Assembly (NCBI GenBank): GCA_951406725.2
Contig: OX597821.1
Span: forward strand, 72,974,001-73,038,000
DNA from: Octopus vulgaris
Lineage: Eukaryota
Reading direction: 5' to 3'
DNA: 64,000 nt
The notes under the pieces were generated by a model. It was not told the origin of the DNA, made no database searches, and worked only from the letters and a program-made list of their open reading frames with translations. This document shows positions 28,826-42,049 of the stretch, one piece after another. The position numbers and the translations under genes were made by a program. The number at the start of each line of letters is the position of its first letter. Within the stretch, counting starts at the first letter, position 1.

Positions 28826-30023
28826 AATGATAACGGAGGCGATGTAAGCATTCGCCACCTCTGCCCGATCTTTCAGGGACACTTTCTACTCAGCCCATTT
28901 CTGGATGGTGGGCTGAGAGGAAGCTGTCCCTGAAAGATCGGGCAGAGGTGGTGAATGTTTACATCGCCTCCGTTATCATTTATCGTTTGACCACCGTGTG
29001 CCTTGTCCCGGTAACTGCTTGACCAGGTTGGAGTGTCTCTTATTTAAATTCTTGTGGAAGGGACCCGTTCTAATGGCCAGGCGGTCAGTTTGTTGCCAGC
29101 ATCCTCTGAGTGGCGGATTAGGTATGCCGTGGCTCCTAATGCGCAGACACACTCTTAGGTAACGTCACGTGCAACGATTTCTGAACGGTGGGCGTGTGTG
29201 GGCTCCGTTTGTGGGGCTTGTCTTTTCGCTCTGGGCGACGGCGATAACGAACTGGCTAGTCTGTTCCGGTTAGAAACTATCTTGGATAATTTCCAGATGT
29301 CCTTGGCACCGATGTGCTGTCAGACGGACTTGTCGGAGGTGCGCGCAGAGTAACGAAACCGTTCTGCACGCCCTCGTTCAGTGTCCGGACATTGCTGACT
29401 TGTGGGGTCATGTCGAACAGCTGCTGTCACGTGTGGGACGGATCCGTCTGTTGACTGTGTCTGTAATGGTGATCCATCAATCGGGAAAGCAAGGCAGTTT
29501 TCCTTTGCCTGGTGGCCGTTGCGAAAGTGATTGTTTGGTGGACAAGGCTGAAAAGCATGAGGACAGATACATTCCTCTTTGGTAAAACTCTCATTGCCTT
29601 CTTCAAATTTCACTTGAGAAGGAAAGTGAGAGTGGAGAGGGAAGGGCTGTCTTCGAGTGAGTTTATTGAAAGGTGGGTGAAAGTTGTGTAAATGGCAAGT
29701 GTGGATGGTACCTCTCTAAGTGTAGACCTGTGAGTCGGAGAGAAGGATTTGGAGAGGGCACTTGCTCTTGGGGGTTTCAGGGAAATCTCGGACAGTGGTG
29801 CTTCTCGATTATTCCTAGAGGCCTTCACGTATCAGGAGGGTCACATCTCAACCATCCTCCCTGGCACTCTTTTTTTAAAATGTCCCTTTTTTCAGTGTAT
29901 ACCGTGTATACTGCTTTTCTTTCTTCCACTTTTTAAAATCATTTTATTATATGTAACTCCCCACACTCTATGACTGTATTTGTATTGTCCCCTCATCCTT
30001 CAACTTTGTGGCAAATAAATGAA
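28823..30023 (+). mobile_element. Tx1/L1-clade LINE 3' end (RT C-terminus and zf-RVT) with a 5' fold-back
   Basis: LSLKDRAEVVNVYIASVIIYRLT...LFKFLWKG...CCQHPLSGGLGMPWL and TCRRCAQSNETVLHALVQCP; pyrimidine-rich 3' UTR ending aataaatgaa before (ATT)n; inverted duplication at 28823-28983. Confidence 0.9.
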
Positions 30024-30101
<78 letters not shown>

Positions 30102-31074
30102 TCTAATACCTTATTAAGATTGACCGTTCCACAGTATACCTTTTATGGTCACTGATATTGTGTTCCACTGTATCTCGGAATGTGCAATAAAGGGAATATA
30201 TATAACTGCTCATACCTGTCTTAATTGGCCAGTATGGATTCTACAGTGCAGTTTTCAGATCGTTTATTTAATTGAAGATACGAAATGACCAAAGTATTGA
30301 ATTATTTACTCACGAGTCTCTTGCTCATATCCACAGCAGACATTCAGTCGAGTCTCCAGGCTGGATATTTAATATAATATACGTACATAATTATATGTAG
30401 CCTACCTCCATTTTACCAAGCTTTCAAGAATAAGCGAGAAACCCCGCCGGGAAGGCTAGTTTGAGTCGATAGTAATAGAAGAAATATTCTGGGAATATTT
30501 TGGTAATATTATTTGAAACTTAATATTTAGAAAATTCCCTTCTCGGTCTTTCACTTTGTGTTATTCCGTCAGCCTATTCCCTATTTCAAGGAATATTGGC
30601 AACATAGATAAGTGATTAGGCTTGGCTACATCCCAGTGCATAGGTTTTGAGTAAAATCGAATGCAGTCATTACTTTCTACTTCTGAGTAACACACTTTGG
30701 CCTGTGTTTTTCAGTTCGCTCTTCGAAGTCGGACTAAGGATTAGTTATCTAGAGAAGTTGCCTACATTTGACTAACATCCAGAACAAGGGAAGAGAAAAT
30801 TATCTCACATTCGTTCCATGCTGGAGAGATAAGAATTATATTCCTGTCCTAGAGATACTTTATTTTCGTGAATACATTTTACTACAAACCATGGAAACAG
30901 TGGACTGGTAGAATCGTTGGAGAGCCGGACAAAATGTTTGGTGCTTTTGGTCCAGATCTTAACGTTTCGGAATTTAGCTTTCATCAAAGTCAACTTTGTT
31001 TTTCATGCTCCTGGAATTGGGGGGTGTCTATATGAAAGACTCTTTTACACACATGTGACATTAAGTTTAAAAAA

Positions 31075-31358
31075 AACTGGTACTCCGTCGTTAACGACGA
31101 TGAGCGTTCAAGTTGATCCGATCAACGGAACAGCGAGTTGATGAAATTAATTCACGTGCAAATAGCTGAGTACTCCACAGACACGTGTACATTTAATGTA
31201 GTTTTCGGGGATATTCAACGTGACACAGAATATGACAGGTTTTGCCCTTTGCAATGCAGGTACTAGTGCCTTACTTAAGAACGCAGCTCACAGCGAAGAA
31301 TTGAACAAACGACCTTTCGATAGTGAGCCTAATATTCTAATCCCTAAGCAACGCGCCT
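31075..31358 (-). mobile_element. Degenerate tRNA-derived SINE
   Basis: Same 3' body as 34478-34765 (acgacgatgag...tgatccgatcaacggaacagc) and a tRNA-like head on the minus strand. Confidence 0.7.
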
Positions 31359-32696
31359 TGCCGGTATTGGGGTAAAAGTACTTTGTTTCCGGACATCTTT
31401 TTTCAACTGTAATGGAATATTTGGAGTTCCACCTCACATGTCGTGTACTTTAGTTGGTACTTCACAGTTTGGGCACGTTGGACGTCTACTTTCTACAAAG
31501 GCACACGTAAGGGGTCTGTCAGTTTGGTGGTGGGGATAGTCCTAAGTTTCCTGTTTCTGTTTACATTCAATTGGGGAAGGTTTTGCGACAGAGAAACGCT
31601 TCTTCAAGAAAACAAAGAGCAAAAAAAAGGGTAAATGACCATAACTGAACGGAGAACAAACAAAATTAAAAGAACAGGTGCCATGCATTGTATATTTACA
31701 CCCCCCACACACAGACAGACACACAAGTATATACTATACACACATATACATTATACACACACATATATATTATACACACACACATATATACACACATTCA
31801 CACGCACACATTTACACACACACACATATATATATATACATACACATATACATATAAGAGGGAGGTTGATGGACCTCTTAGAGGTATTCTCGTTGTTTCG
31901 ACTAATTAGTAGAAATGTATTGACAGTCTAATAACTTCGTTACAAATCCGTAACTTATTTTGTTGACCCGCGAGGGAATACAGGGGCCACCGCAGTGCGG
32001 CCTTTGAAATCTGGATATATAAAGAGGAACTCCAATCTCCAAGAGAACCAATAACCAGATTCACGACTAATTAACTGTTAAATCCTTGTTTACATTTTTC
32101 TTTTGTTAAAATCTATGAATTAAGCTTTTATATGGAAATCCCTTTGAAATTAATTCGTAATTATTAACAACTGTTTGTTATTATAAACAGTTAATCTTAA
32201 AAACTATTAAATCATTATAACCACATTACAAAAAGCTCTCTATTAATTAATTATATCTTAATAATAATTAAATCATATAATTAATTACACTTCCTAAATT
32301 AACAGAAGAATAGAGAAAAGTAATCAGAACATAAAATGAATAAGCTGTTAATTATTATGTCTAAACTTGAAAAAGCCCTCCGCCCTACCATGCCCTCCAC
32401 TGCCTACAAATATGAAGCTATATTACTTAACTCGAAGTCAAATATTTAGTATCTGATATAATATTAATTTCATGTTTATACTAATATAACAAATATTTTT
32501 TTTTTTTGAATGGATAAAAAATAAAACAAATAAGTGATTTTCTTTACTCTTTCATCTCTTGCGGAATTAAGTTTTCAAAACATTTGCCAAATTCAGAGTC
32601 GATGACGTCTCAAGTTATACAATAACATCAAAACGTTTCACAAAAATTTATCCCTTTTAATTACTCTGAGTCCCTGAGGATTGTGAGACCCCAAAC

Positions 32697-32800
32697 CAGT
32701 GATTCTCAACCGGGATCCATGTAAGATTTTGCTGTTAAAATTTATGTGCCATAAACTGTTTCTACTTCTTCAACAAAATGTTTTAACAGTTTTCCATACA
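32697..32800 (+). mobile_element. Possible hAT (Charlie-like) terminus
   Basis: Begins cagtgattctcaacc, resembling hAT-Charlie TIRs; no partner TIR found. Confidence 0.35.
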
Positions 32801-34477
32801 ATTCCTAATAATACTAGCAACTCTACCCATCTACGATGGAGGCATAAAACGAGGGACGGAAGCCATAATAGCTGTATGTGTTGAGAACTGTGTAAATGGA
32901 CTTTGATAGGATTACTGAACGATGTCTTAAGAGAAATCGCATCATTGTTGGTGATGCAGCATTCTATTGCAGCTATATTACGTGTGTTCGCGACTAAGTG
33001 ACGTGATGACAATTCACTCTCGAACTGAAATAGATTCCCAGCCTTTGTATCACGAATGGTTATGTGGACCACTCCTAACGAAAGTCAGAGCTTCCTTCGA
33101 CCATTACATTAAAAGTTATTAAGAAAAAAATGTTCTTTAGATATACTTTTATTTTAGTTGTTTACACTATTTTACGCTTGTTTATACTCTTATACATTCA
33201 AAGTTCACAATTTTCCTTATTTGAATTATAAATCATATTCCTTTCGATAATATAAATGTGATTAGAAAACTTCTTTGTAGATAATATTTTCTGTTTGATC
33301 GACACAAATTTTCAAATAACTGGAGTCCGTTACTCTACTCATAACGACGTACCACTGGCTGTGTGCAAGCATTGGACTGAGTAAAAATACACATACACGA
33401 TCTAAAGTCTGGCCCTGTGCATTGTTTGCTGTGAATGCGCGAGCGGATTCTTTAGGAATCTACCCAACTACGATGGGAAATCTAAACATCGCAAATCTAA
33501 ACCCTCTAAATTCACGAACTATAGTAAGAAGATGACTTACTTCCCTTTGCTTCTTTAATTAGTTATATCCCCTTTAATTTTCATTTACTTCTTTAACGCT
33601 CGTAAACTGAAGAATTACCCAGAAGTTGTATTGTTGTTTAACTCTGGGTTAGACCTGACTAAGTAGACTTATAATCAAAGAGATCCCATCTCTGACTAAC
33701 CTATCGCAGACAATGTGTAACCTGGAGTACATGTTTTTAAAAAGAATAGTAGATGGTAATTTGAGGAAAACTTAGCAACTATTTCTAGCATGCAGAGGCA
33801 CTTGCCATTCATAATGACATTTCCAACACCAAAATTTCATTAATTGGAAGTCAGCATGACAATGCAAATTGCCTTAGCGGTTCGGCAGAAGAAAACCCTA
33901 AATTAAAATTGAATTAAAACATCTGCTCCACCCCACACCCACAACTTGTTATGCTACCCTAATTATGTAAAAACTAGTCTTTTGTTATAACGAAGAGATC
34001 CTTCTACTGTTCAATCTTCTTATTGAATCATCTCGTAACATTCTTAATATGTTTATTGCTTTGTTTTCTTAAATTCTCCATCAAACATCTTTTGTTTTCA
34101 TATTCAAAGAACCACAGCAATGTCTTCCATTCCTCATGTTCCTTACACTAGCTCCATACTCTATGACAGTCCGACCAAAGACGATTTTCCGTCTCTTAGT
34201 AGCGAAGCTTTCCCCCCTTAGATACGTTGGTGTGTATAATGTGGACTGTGTTTTGTCATAAGGTTCTCTCCAGCAAATAGCTGATTGTAATCTTTAAGGT
34301 CTCTCGTCAATTTGAACCACACCAAGGCCTTGTATCAACCAATATTCTTACCACCAGATCGAAAATAGTAAAAACGGAAAGCCCACTTTTTTCAGAACTT
34401 TTTTTCACCACCACACCATCGAAACTCCAGCCCTATCTGTTTCCTTGTCTATATCAACCTTCCAAAATACAAATTAA

Positions 34478-34765
34478 GTGACACATCGTCGGTTACGACG
34501 ATGAGGGTCCCAGCTGATCCAATCTACAGAACAGCCTGCTCGTGAAACTAACGTAAAAGCAGCTGAGAACGCCACAGAACGAATACCCTTCATATAGTTC
34601 TCAGGTCCGTTGAAATGCAGGCACTACTCATTTTCGCCAGCTGATTGGACTGGAGCAACGCGAAATAAAGTGTCTTGCTCAAGGACACAACGCGTCGCCG
34701 GGAATCGAACACACGACCTTAGGATCGCAAACCGGAAGCAGTAACCACTAAGCCACGCGCCTTCA
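34478..34765 (-). mobile_element. Meta-domain tRNA-derived SINE
   Basis: Minus strand has ggcgcgtggcttagtggtta (A box), gttcgattcc (B box) and gtgtccttgagcaagacactttatttcgcgttgctccagtcc (Meta-like central domain). Confidence 0.82.
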
Positions 34766-35068
34766 CCCACACGTTAAACATCATCTACATCAACATCTTC
34801 CTCTCGGGAGGATCTAGAGGAGGTGATACATCTTGGAATAATAGAAAAAATATAAAGTCCTATGTATGTTGAAACATTTTTAAAAACAGTAGCGAAGAAG
34901 TCTAGCATCGAATGGGTGAAATGCAATTAACTGGAGTGTATATTGCCACATTTATAAAATAAAAAATGAGGAAAAAAAGATGGAGGGTCAAGAATCAATC
35001 ATTGGTTAACTAGTTTATCTGCCCTATAACACGGAAACAATGATATTTACTAACTTACGCATAGCATA

Positions 35069-35088
35069 TAATAATAATGATAATAATA

Positions 35089-35158
<70 letters not shown>

Positions 35159-35223
35159 TAATAATAATGATAATAATAATGATAATAATAATGATAATAA
35201 TGATGATGATGATGATGATGATG

Positions 35224-35257
<34 letters not shown>

Positions 35258-35268
35258 TAATAATAATG

Positions 35269-35319
<51 letters not shown>

Positions 35320-35325
35320 GTAATG

Positions 35326-35382
<57 letters not shown>

Positions 35383-35388
35383 GTAATG

Positions 35389-35441
<53 letters not shown>
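35069..35441. repeat. (AAT)n/(GAT)n microsatellite
   Basis: Read directly. Confidence 0.98.
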
Positions 35442-36732
35442 CTATAAGTGAGTAAAGTCAAATATAAATGTGGTGTGATTTTTCTATCAATTTTCCATAT
35501 CAACTCTAGTCAATCTGTTGAAAGGATGCGTATTTATAGCGCAATACAAAGTTTGCTGCTTCAGAAATCTCAGTGAAATCTTCTAAAGGATATAGAAACG
35601 AAATATGTGATTCGATGACAGTATATTCAATATCGCTATTGGATTATTTTCAGTGAAGTCATCTGAAATGTCATTACTACCTAGATAATTTCATAAAGTT
35701 ATAATATTCAAATAATATACAGCCGTCATATTATATAGTTGTACTCTATCTGTTATGCTGTATAAATATTCAAGTTATATTTTCTCTGCTGTATCGATTT
35801 CCTTTATTATAGAAATTCTATAAAAGAATATTTTCGTATCATTTCGTAGACACCTTCCTTGCTTCAGTCGAATAAGTATTGTTTCAGAAAACATAAATTA
35901 ATACATCGCACCTTCCCAGTTAATTCCGAAACAGTCACAGTAATTTCTATTAATGTTAGTCAGCGAACTGCAAGACATTGTTATGTATGCAACACGATAC
36001 ACAGTGCTCCCCCTTATTGGTCCTTCTTGTTAGAATCATTTATATATAAACTCAAAATAGTAACTTGTAACTAATTCAATAAACATACAAGCTACGAAGA
36101 TACATCGTTTATTTAATATTTCTCCAATCTGTTCTTAAAATTATTTAAGATTTATTTCTAGTTTATGAGCAATTTAAAACCCACTAAATGTACAGATTTA
36201 TTAAAGTTTAACAGTCTTCGAGTGAAAGTCTTCCGGCTATTTCATATCATTTGCAAACTATTTCATATGAATTAATTATAAATTTCTGTTATTGCTTTTC
36301 TATGAAAACACCAGTGTTTTTCATTGACTCACATCGACAGCTTACATCTGACTTATACACGAATGTTCGCTTCAAAGAAGACAGCCTCTTCCTACCTGAA
36401 TACATTATTAGTTGACACACCTGATTATTGTTTTAGTCACTAATCTTCATTTATAATCTTTACTTTTCCATTCAATAAATATTCTTTCGCTGTACATCAT
36501 TCAATAACTCTAAGTGGGTGGTTAGTATCAAAGTGATGGCATAGAAGTTATTGTAACCATACAAATATTTATTGTAAAATCGTGTTCTTTTTAATGATTT
36601 GAGGTGATACAGAGTTAAAGAACGTCAATGACAAGGAACTCCAGTAAGATAGAGAGATCGAATACATCCCTTGGTCAGAGGAAATTATTGCCAGTTAAGA
36701 CTGAACACACCAGTTAGAGAAATAGAATAACA

Positions 36733-37408
36733 CCCATGTGACTTGCTTCTCTTTTGAATGTAGGATAGAACGCCCATGTGATTTGCTTCGATTTTGAATG
36801 TAGGATAGAACACCCATGTGACTTGCTTCTTTTTTGAATGTAGGATAGAACACCCATATGATTTGCTTCGTTTTTTAATGGGTAGAGTTCCCATGTGATT
36901 TACTTCGTTTTTGAATGTAGGATAGAGCTCCTATGTGACTTGCTTCGTTTTTGAATGTAGGATAGAACGCCCAAGTGATTTGCTTCTTTTTTTAATGTAG
37001 GATAGAGCTCCCATGTGATTTGCTTCGTTTTTGAATGTAGGATAGAACGCCCATGTGATTTGCTTCGTTTTTGAATGTAGGATAGAGCTCCGATGTGATT
37101 TGCTTCGTTTTTGAATGTAGGATAGAACGCCCATGTGATTTGCTTCTATTTTGAATGTAGGATAGAACGCCCGTGTGACTTGCTTCGTTTTTGAATGTAG
37201 GATGGAACGCCCATATAATTTGCTTCGTTTTTGAATGTAGGGTAGAGCTCCCATGTGATTTGCTTCGTTTTTGAATGTAGGATAGAGCTCCTATGTGACT
37301 TGCTTCGTTTTTGAATGTAGGATAGAGCTTCCATGTGATTTGCTTCGTTTTTGAATGTAGGATGGAACGCCCATGTGGTTTGCTTCTATTTTGAATGTAG
37401 GATGGAAC
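36733..37408. repeat. Minisatellite, 17 copies of a 40-bp unit
   Basis: Consensus cccatgtgatttgcttcgtttttgaatgtaggatagaacg. Units start at 36733, 36773, 36813, 36853 (37 bp), 36890 and then every 40 bp to 37370. No unique spacers. Confidence 0.97.
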
Positions 37409-37596
37409 AGTTACGAGGTCCTGGTTTCGATCCAGGTTAATCGGGTGGATGGAAACGGTATAGAAGCCCTTCCGTCGGGTGAATTTTACCTGCAATTCAA
37501 CAGTTACAGCCGTGTCATACACTCTGCTGTGCTGATTGTACTCGAAAGTTTAGTGAGGGATACATGTGTCTGCGGAATATTCAGCTGCTAACATGT

Positions 37597-38187
37597 TAGC
37601 CCACAAGGGGCTAAACACAGAGAGGACAAACAAGGACAGACAAACGGATTAAGTCGATTATATCAACTCCAGTGTGTAACTGGTACTTAATTTATCGACC
37701 CCGATAGGATGAAAGGTAAAGTCGACCTCGGTGGAATTTGAACTCAGAACGTAACGGCAGACGAAATACCTATTTCTTTATTACCCACAAAGGGCTAAAC
37801 ATAGAGGGGACAAACAAGGATAGACATAGGTATTAAGTCGATTACATCTACCCCAGTGCGTAACTGGTACTTATTTAATCGACACCGAAAGGATGAAAGG
37901 CAAAGTCGACCTCGCGGGAATTTGAACTCACAACGTAACGGCAGACGAAATACGTATTTCTTTATTACCCACAAGGGGCTAAACATAGAGGGGACAAACA
38001 AGGACAGACATAGGTATTAAGTCGATTACATCGACCCCAGTGCGTAACTGGTACTTAATTTATCGACCCCGAAAGGATGAAAGGCAAAGTCGACCTCGGC
38101 GGAATTTGAACTCACAACGTAACGACAGACGAAATACGGCTACGCTTTTCTCCTGGCGTGCTAACGGTTCTGCCAGCTCGCCGCCTT
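37597..38187 (-). mobile_element. Head-to-tail CORE-SINE trimer
   Basis: Three units of about 175-230 bp, each with the CORE motif; only the rightmost keeps the full tRNA-like head (aaggcggcgagctggcagaaccgttagcacg). Confidence 0.92.
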
Positions 38188-39159
38188 GCAGAAGTGTTTA
38201 CCTGACATTCTCTAAATTGTTCACTATCATGGTTTTGATTGGCCAGTTACTTCAATGAAAGTCTTGTCAGCTGGATTTTAGAACCAAAATATAGAGCAGA
38301 CATTTGCTAGTAAATTAAATATCATTATTTTCGTTCACAAATGTCTCAGCGAAGTTGTTAAATCTCTCGCTGGTTTTTTGCAGGTTTCTTACACATTGCT
38401 TTACATTATGAGTTTGCGTGTGAAGTACGTGTCCCAGATTTTTCATAAAAGTACATTCTCATATTTCGACAGCATTTCTACAACCAGTCACTTTCTTTTA
38501 CAAATGTTTTGAATTTCATTAAACCTTTTACGGAAAATCAAATGGTAAGAATTAATATTTCAACTAATGCAGATGATTAATCTCAAAATGTACATTAACA
38601 CATAAAAATTATTTCTTTTTTACTTTCTTTTTTATATTTCAGAACGACTAACAGACAGGCTTTTAATGCAACATATATTCTCTTTCTCGCGATTCAATTA
38701 TCTGAAGTCTTTTAGTAAAACCAGATTCCCTCCTAACCATCAAAAGTTCCCCTTCACATCAAAATATTCTGGTTGTACACGAAGTGAGAAGACTAATTAA
38801 TTTACCTATTGTCTCACCTTCCTCTGTACTACCCTCTATGGAGTATTAGCAATTTTATTTTACAAATATGTACAAGAGGATAGCAGCACCATTATTGAAA
38901 GCGAAATGCAAAAGATGTAAAGTATTTTAAACGCCAGGAGGCTTTTCGCTAATTGGTAAAAACCTTCAACTGTAATTAGGAATTACAGGAGTTCATCAAC
39001 TATATTTTGGTTTTAAGCCGTTCTTAGATTCTTATGTATGATTTCCGGTGAAAGATATTATTCCTTTTAGACTGTACTTGGTTAACTAGAATTTGTTCGA
39101 GATTCTTCTAAAGATATTAGTGTTACAGCAGAAATACGAAACTATTGTTATGAGTAAAC

Positions 39160-39344
39160 ACCTCTTCATACTTTAGTCTATTTTCAGTTTATCTTCATAC
39201 TTCTGTTTATTTTCTCTTATTTCTTTCTGTTGAAGAGCGTAGGCTCGAAACGTAAAAGACTTTTTCATTTTCCCGAGCGTCAAACTAATACACACACTTG
39301 TTATTCATACACCTGTCTTCATCTTTTGTTTTTCTATAAATTTC

Positions 39345-39348
<4 letters not shown>
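39160..39348 (+). mobile_element. Penelope-like pseudo-LTR fragment with variant hammerhead motif (39222-39259)
   Basis: tcttt-ctgttgaa-gagc-gtag-gctc-gaaacgta-aaaga, followed by (TA)n. Confidence 0.62.
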
Positions 39349-39383
<35 letters not shown>

Positions 39384-39391
39384 TATATATA

Positions 39392-39722
39392 AAGGGGTAA
39401 AGACCCCCTTCGGTCATGAATGACCATGGGATTGCACCTAGAAAGTTACCCTCCTAGACACAAGTCCGGGCAAGGTTGTTTATGGAAGACCAGCAGTCGC
39501 CCATGCATACCAGCCTCACCTCTCCACGCCACCAGTGTTATTCAAGGGAAGACAAAGGTCGATACAGCTTGGCAGCAGTGACGTCGCAACTCATTTCTAC
39601 AGCTGAGTGAACTGGAGCAACGTGAAATAAAGTGCTTTGCTCAAGAACACAACACGCAGCCCGGTCCGGGATTCGAGCTCACAAACTCACGATCGTAAGC
39701 TCGACGCTCTAACCACTGAGCC
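39392..39722 (-). mobile_element. Meta-domain tRNA-derived SINE with RTE-like 3' part
   Basis: Minus strand has ggctcagtggttagagcg, gctcgaatcc and gtgttcttgagcaaagcactttatttcacgttgctccag; shares its 3' part with 48478-48722. Confidence 0.88.
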
Positions 39723-39798
39723 ATATATATATATATATATAATTGTATAGCCGTCTCGGCTATAACCTTGGAGCCCCAGTGATCCGTAACAGCACTCA

Positions 39799-39844
<46 letters not shown>

Positions 39845-39961
39845 CGTGATCACCGTGACCGACCAGGCTATCAAATGTTGCTACACATCGCTGGTCACAG
39901 TGCACTTTGCATTGTTTTAGCCTTCAAGTGACGCCACCCCGCTGGCTAAGCGAGCAGGTCA

Positions 39962-40033
<72 letters not shown>

Positions 40034-40085
40034 ATATATATTATATATATACCTATATATACCTATATATACCTACATACATATA

Positions 40086-40656
40086 CACAGACATGCAGGA
40101 AGTAAATGGACGTCTTTAATTTTCAAAATCGTTTATTTGATATTGATTGGTTGAAGGGGAGGTTTTTTTTCTAGCTGCTCATCCATAATACCCAAGCTTA
40201 TGTAGATATGTAACACACGTTCTTGGATTAACCTCTAGCTGTTTTGCAATGTGAGAAGCCTTCGAACCGGGTTCGTTTTCTACAATTCTCTTCAAGCAGC
40301 AAAACTTCCTTTCCGACGGCCCAGGTCGTCTGGAACAAGAATCTGTTGATTCTTTTCCTTGGCTTTTGAATTGCACTATAATTCTATTAACAGTAGCAAG
40401 AGGAATTTGAAGATTTTCGGCAATTTTTCGCTGGCTAAGTCCAGGCTCAAATTGCCCAACAATACGACCTCTTTGAAAAGTTGTGCTGAATTTTTGTGCG
40501 TGCCATGGTTACTCTTCGCAAATGTTTAATATAATGGCACCTGGAATGAAAAAGAATAATTATATTGTAAATTCTACACCGCTGAAAACATATTAAGACG
40601 CTTAGATAAGAAATTTTGAATATTAAAGGTGTCTATTTACTTCCTGCTTGTCTGTG
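40086..40656 (-). mobile_element. Tc1-family transposon, internally deleted, with both TIRs and TA TSD
   Basis: About 45-bp imperfect TIRs (cacagacatgcaggaagtaaatggacgtctttaat / attaaaggtgtctatttacttcctgcttgtctgtg) flanked by TA. Minus strand encodes the paired-HTH N-terminus [34 protein letters not shown]...[14 protein letters not shown]. Confidence 0.92.
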
Positions 40657-41019
40657 TATAAACACCCGCACACACATATGTATGTATATACGATGCAGCT
40701 GGAATTCATGTGAGATTATAATGAACAATGTGAAACTTAAAAGAAATTGGACATCTTTGGCAGCAACAACTTGACTTTAGGAAGACATTCTGCCACTCTT
40801 CTAGTTTGTAACTACTAGGTTGTGAGGAACACGTGTTGGTATTTTTTGCCCCCATATTCTTCCAGTCCTTATTTTTCACGAACAATTTTAACAAATCAAT
40901 CAATAATATATTCTCTTTCATTGGTCACAACTTCTTGTCAGTGTCCCACTAGCTTGTCAATGCTCTGACAGCAGAAAACACCGGGTTTTGACTCAAAGAA
41001 TTCATCGATCCATGGCGCT

Positions 41020-41659
41020 CCATTGCGTTGTTGAACGAAATGCCTCGATAACTGTTGGAGAGTGACCGAAGAAGGCAGCATATCAGGAGGTTACGTCGAG
41101 TGTGGTAGAACTTCCCAAACGAGTTCTTGAATCGCATTGCTTAGTATGAAGCAAGTCGTGTTCCAGTAGTGAGGTAGGGGGCAAGCATTGCTGTGTTGAA
41201 GGAAGATCGTTTTCGTTGGATTGCCCAGTGAGTGAATGTAACAGGCTATGGTATCTTGAGAATATTCCATCTGTTGGGCCAATTCCCTAGTGGAAGGACG
41301 TGGATATTCGTGGGTGAATTCGTTCAATCTACATTGAACTGGACAGGTCGGTCGGAACATGGATAATCTGTGAGGTGGAATTTCCTTGAAATGTGAAAAC
41401 CATTTCTTTGCAGTTCTTTCAGCACAAATGTCTCGAGTGGCCTTGGAAGCTTTGGAATCGTGGTTGAAAAATAAAAAGAAAAAAAAGAAGCAGGTATCGA
41501 AGCTGATTATTTTCGATAAACGATAAACAAAAACTGCAGAGGAAGATTAGAACATAATACATAAATAAATAAATAAAAAACAACTGTGATAAAACTACTT
41601 TTCCTATGAATTCAAATAACTTTGCGAAGAAACGAACGAATTTACCTGACACCTCTTTA
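41020..41659 (-). mobile_element. Mariner transposon remnant
   Basis: ERTAKKWFSHF, PRPSTRELAQQMEYSQDTI, IFLQHSNACP and QELVWEVLPHST..PDMLPS; TIR-like end near 41631-41659. Confidence 0.85.
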
Positions 41660-42049
41660 CACTGAAGTCACACAGTTTATGCTGTATTGTGCCGCGATTA
41701 GTTTTGTTGAAAAGCTTTGCAAATCTTACTCACACACACATATACATACACATATATGTTTAGTAAGATACCAGGGTAATGCCGTTAGTCGGATTGGTAA
41801 GGAGAAAGATCAGAAGAAATAAAATAGAAAAAATAAAGCATGATACAATAAAGTGGCGGAATTGTTTCCCTTTGTTTTCTTTTCTTTCATTTCTCTACTT
41901 ATTGTATCTTATTATGTTTTGTTTTATCTTATTTTATTTCTATTTTATTTCTTCTCATCTTCCCCCTTACCTCTCCTAACAACGTCGTTACCCTGTTAGC
42001 TTACTAAACTCAAACCAGGTTGGCTGAGATACGCCAGCGCATTATCCGC

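Noticed and set aside
36733-37408. 40-bp periodic array read as a CRISPR array or as a repeat-protein gene
   Set aside because: Units are contiguous with no unique spacers, there are no cas genes and the context is eukaryotic. The ORFs follow from the repeat period.
39746-39764. Mini hairpin tatagccg-tct-cggctata between TA tracts
   Set aside because: It may be a tiny member of the fold-back class, but 8-bp arms are too short to distinguish from chance.
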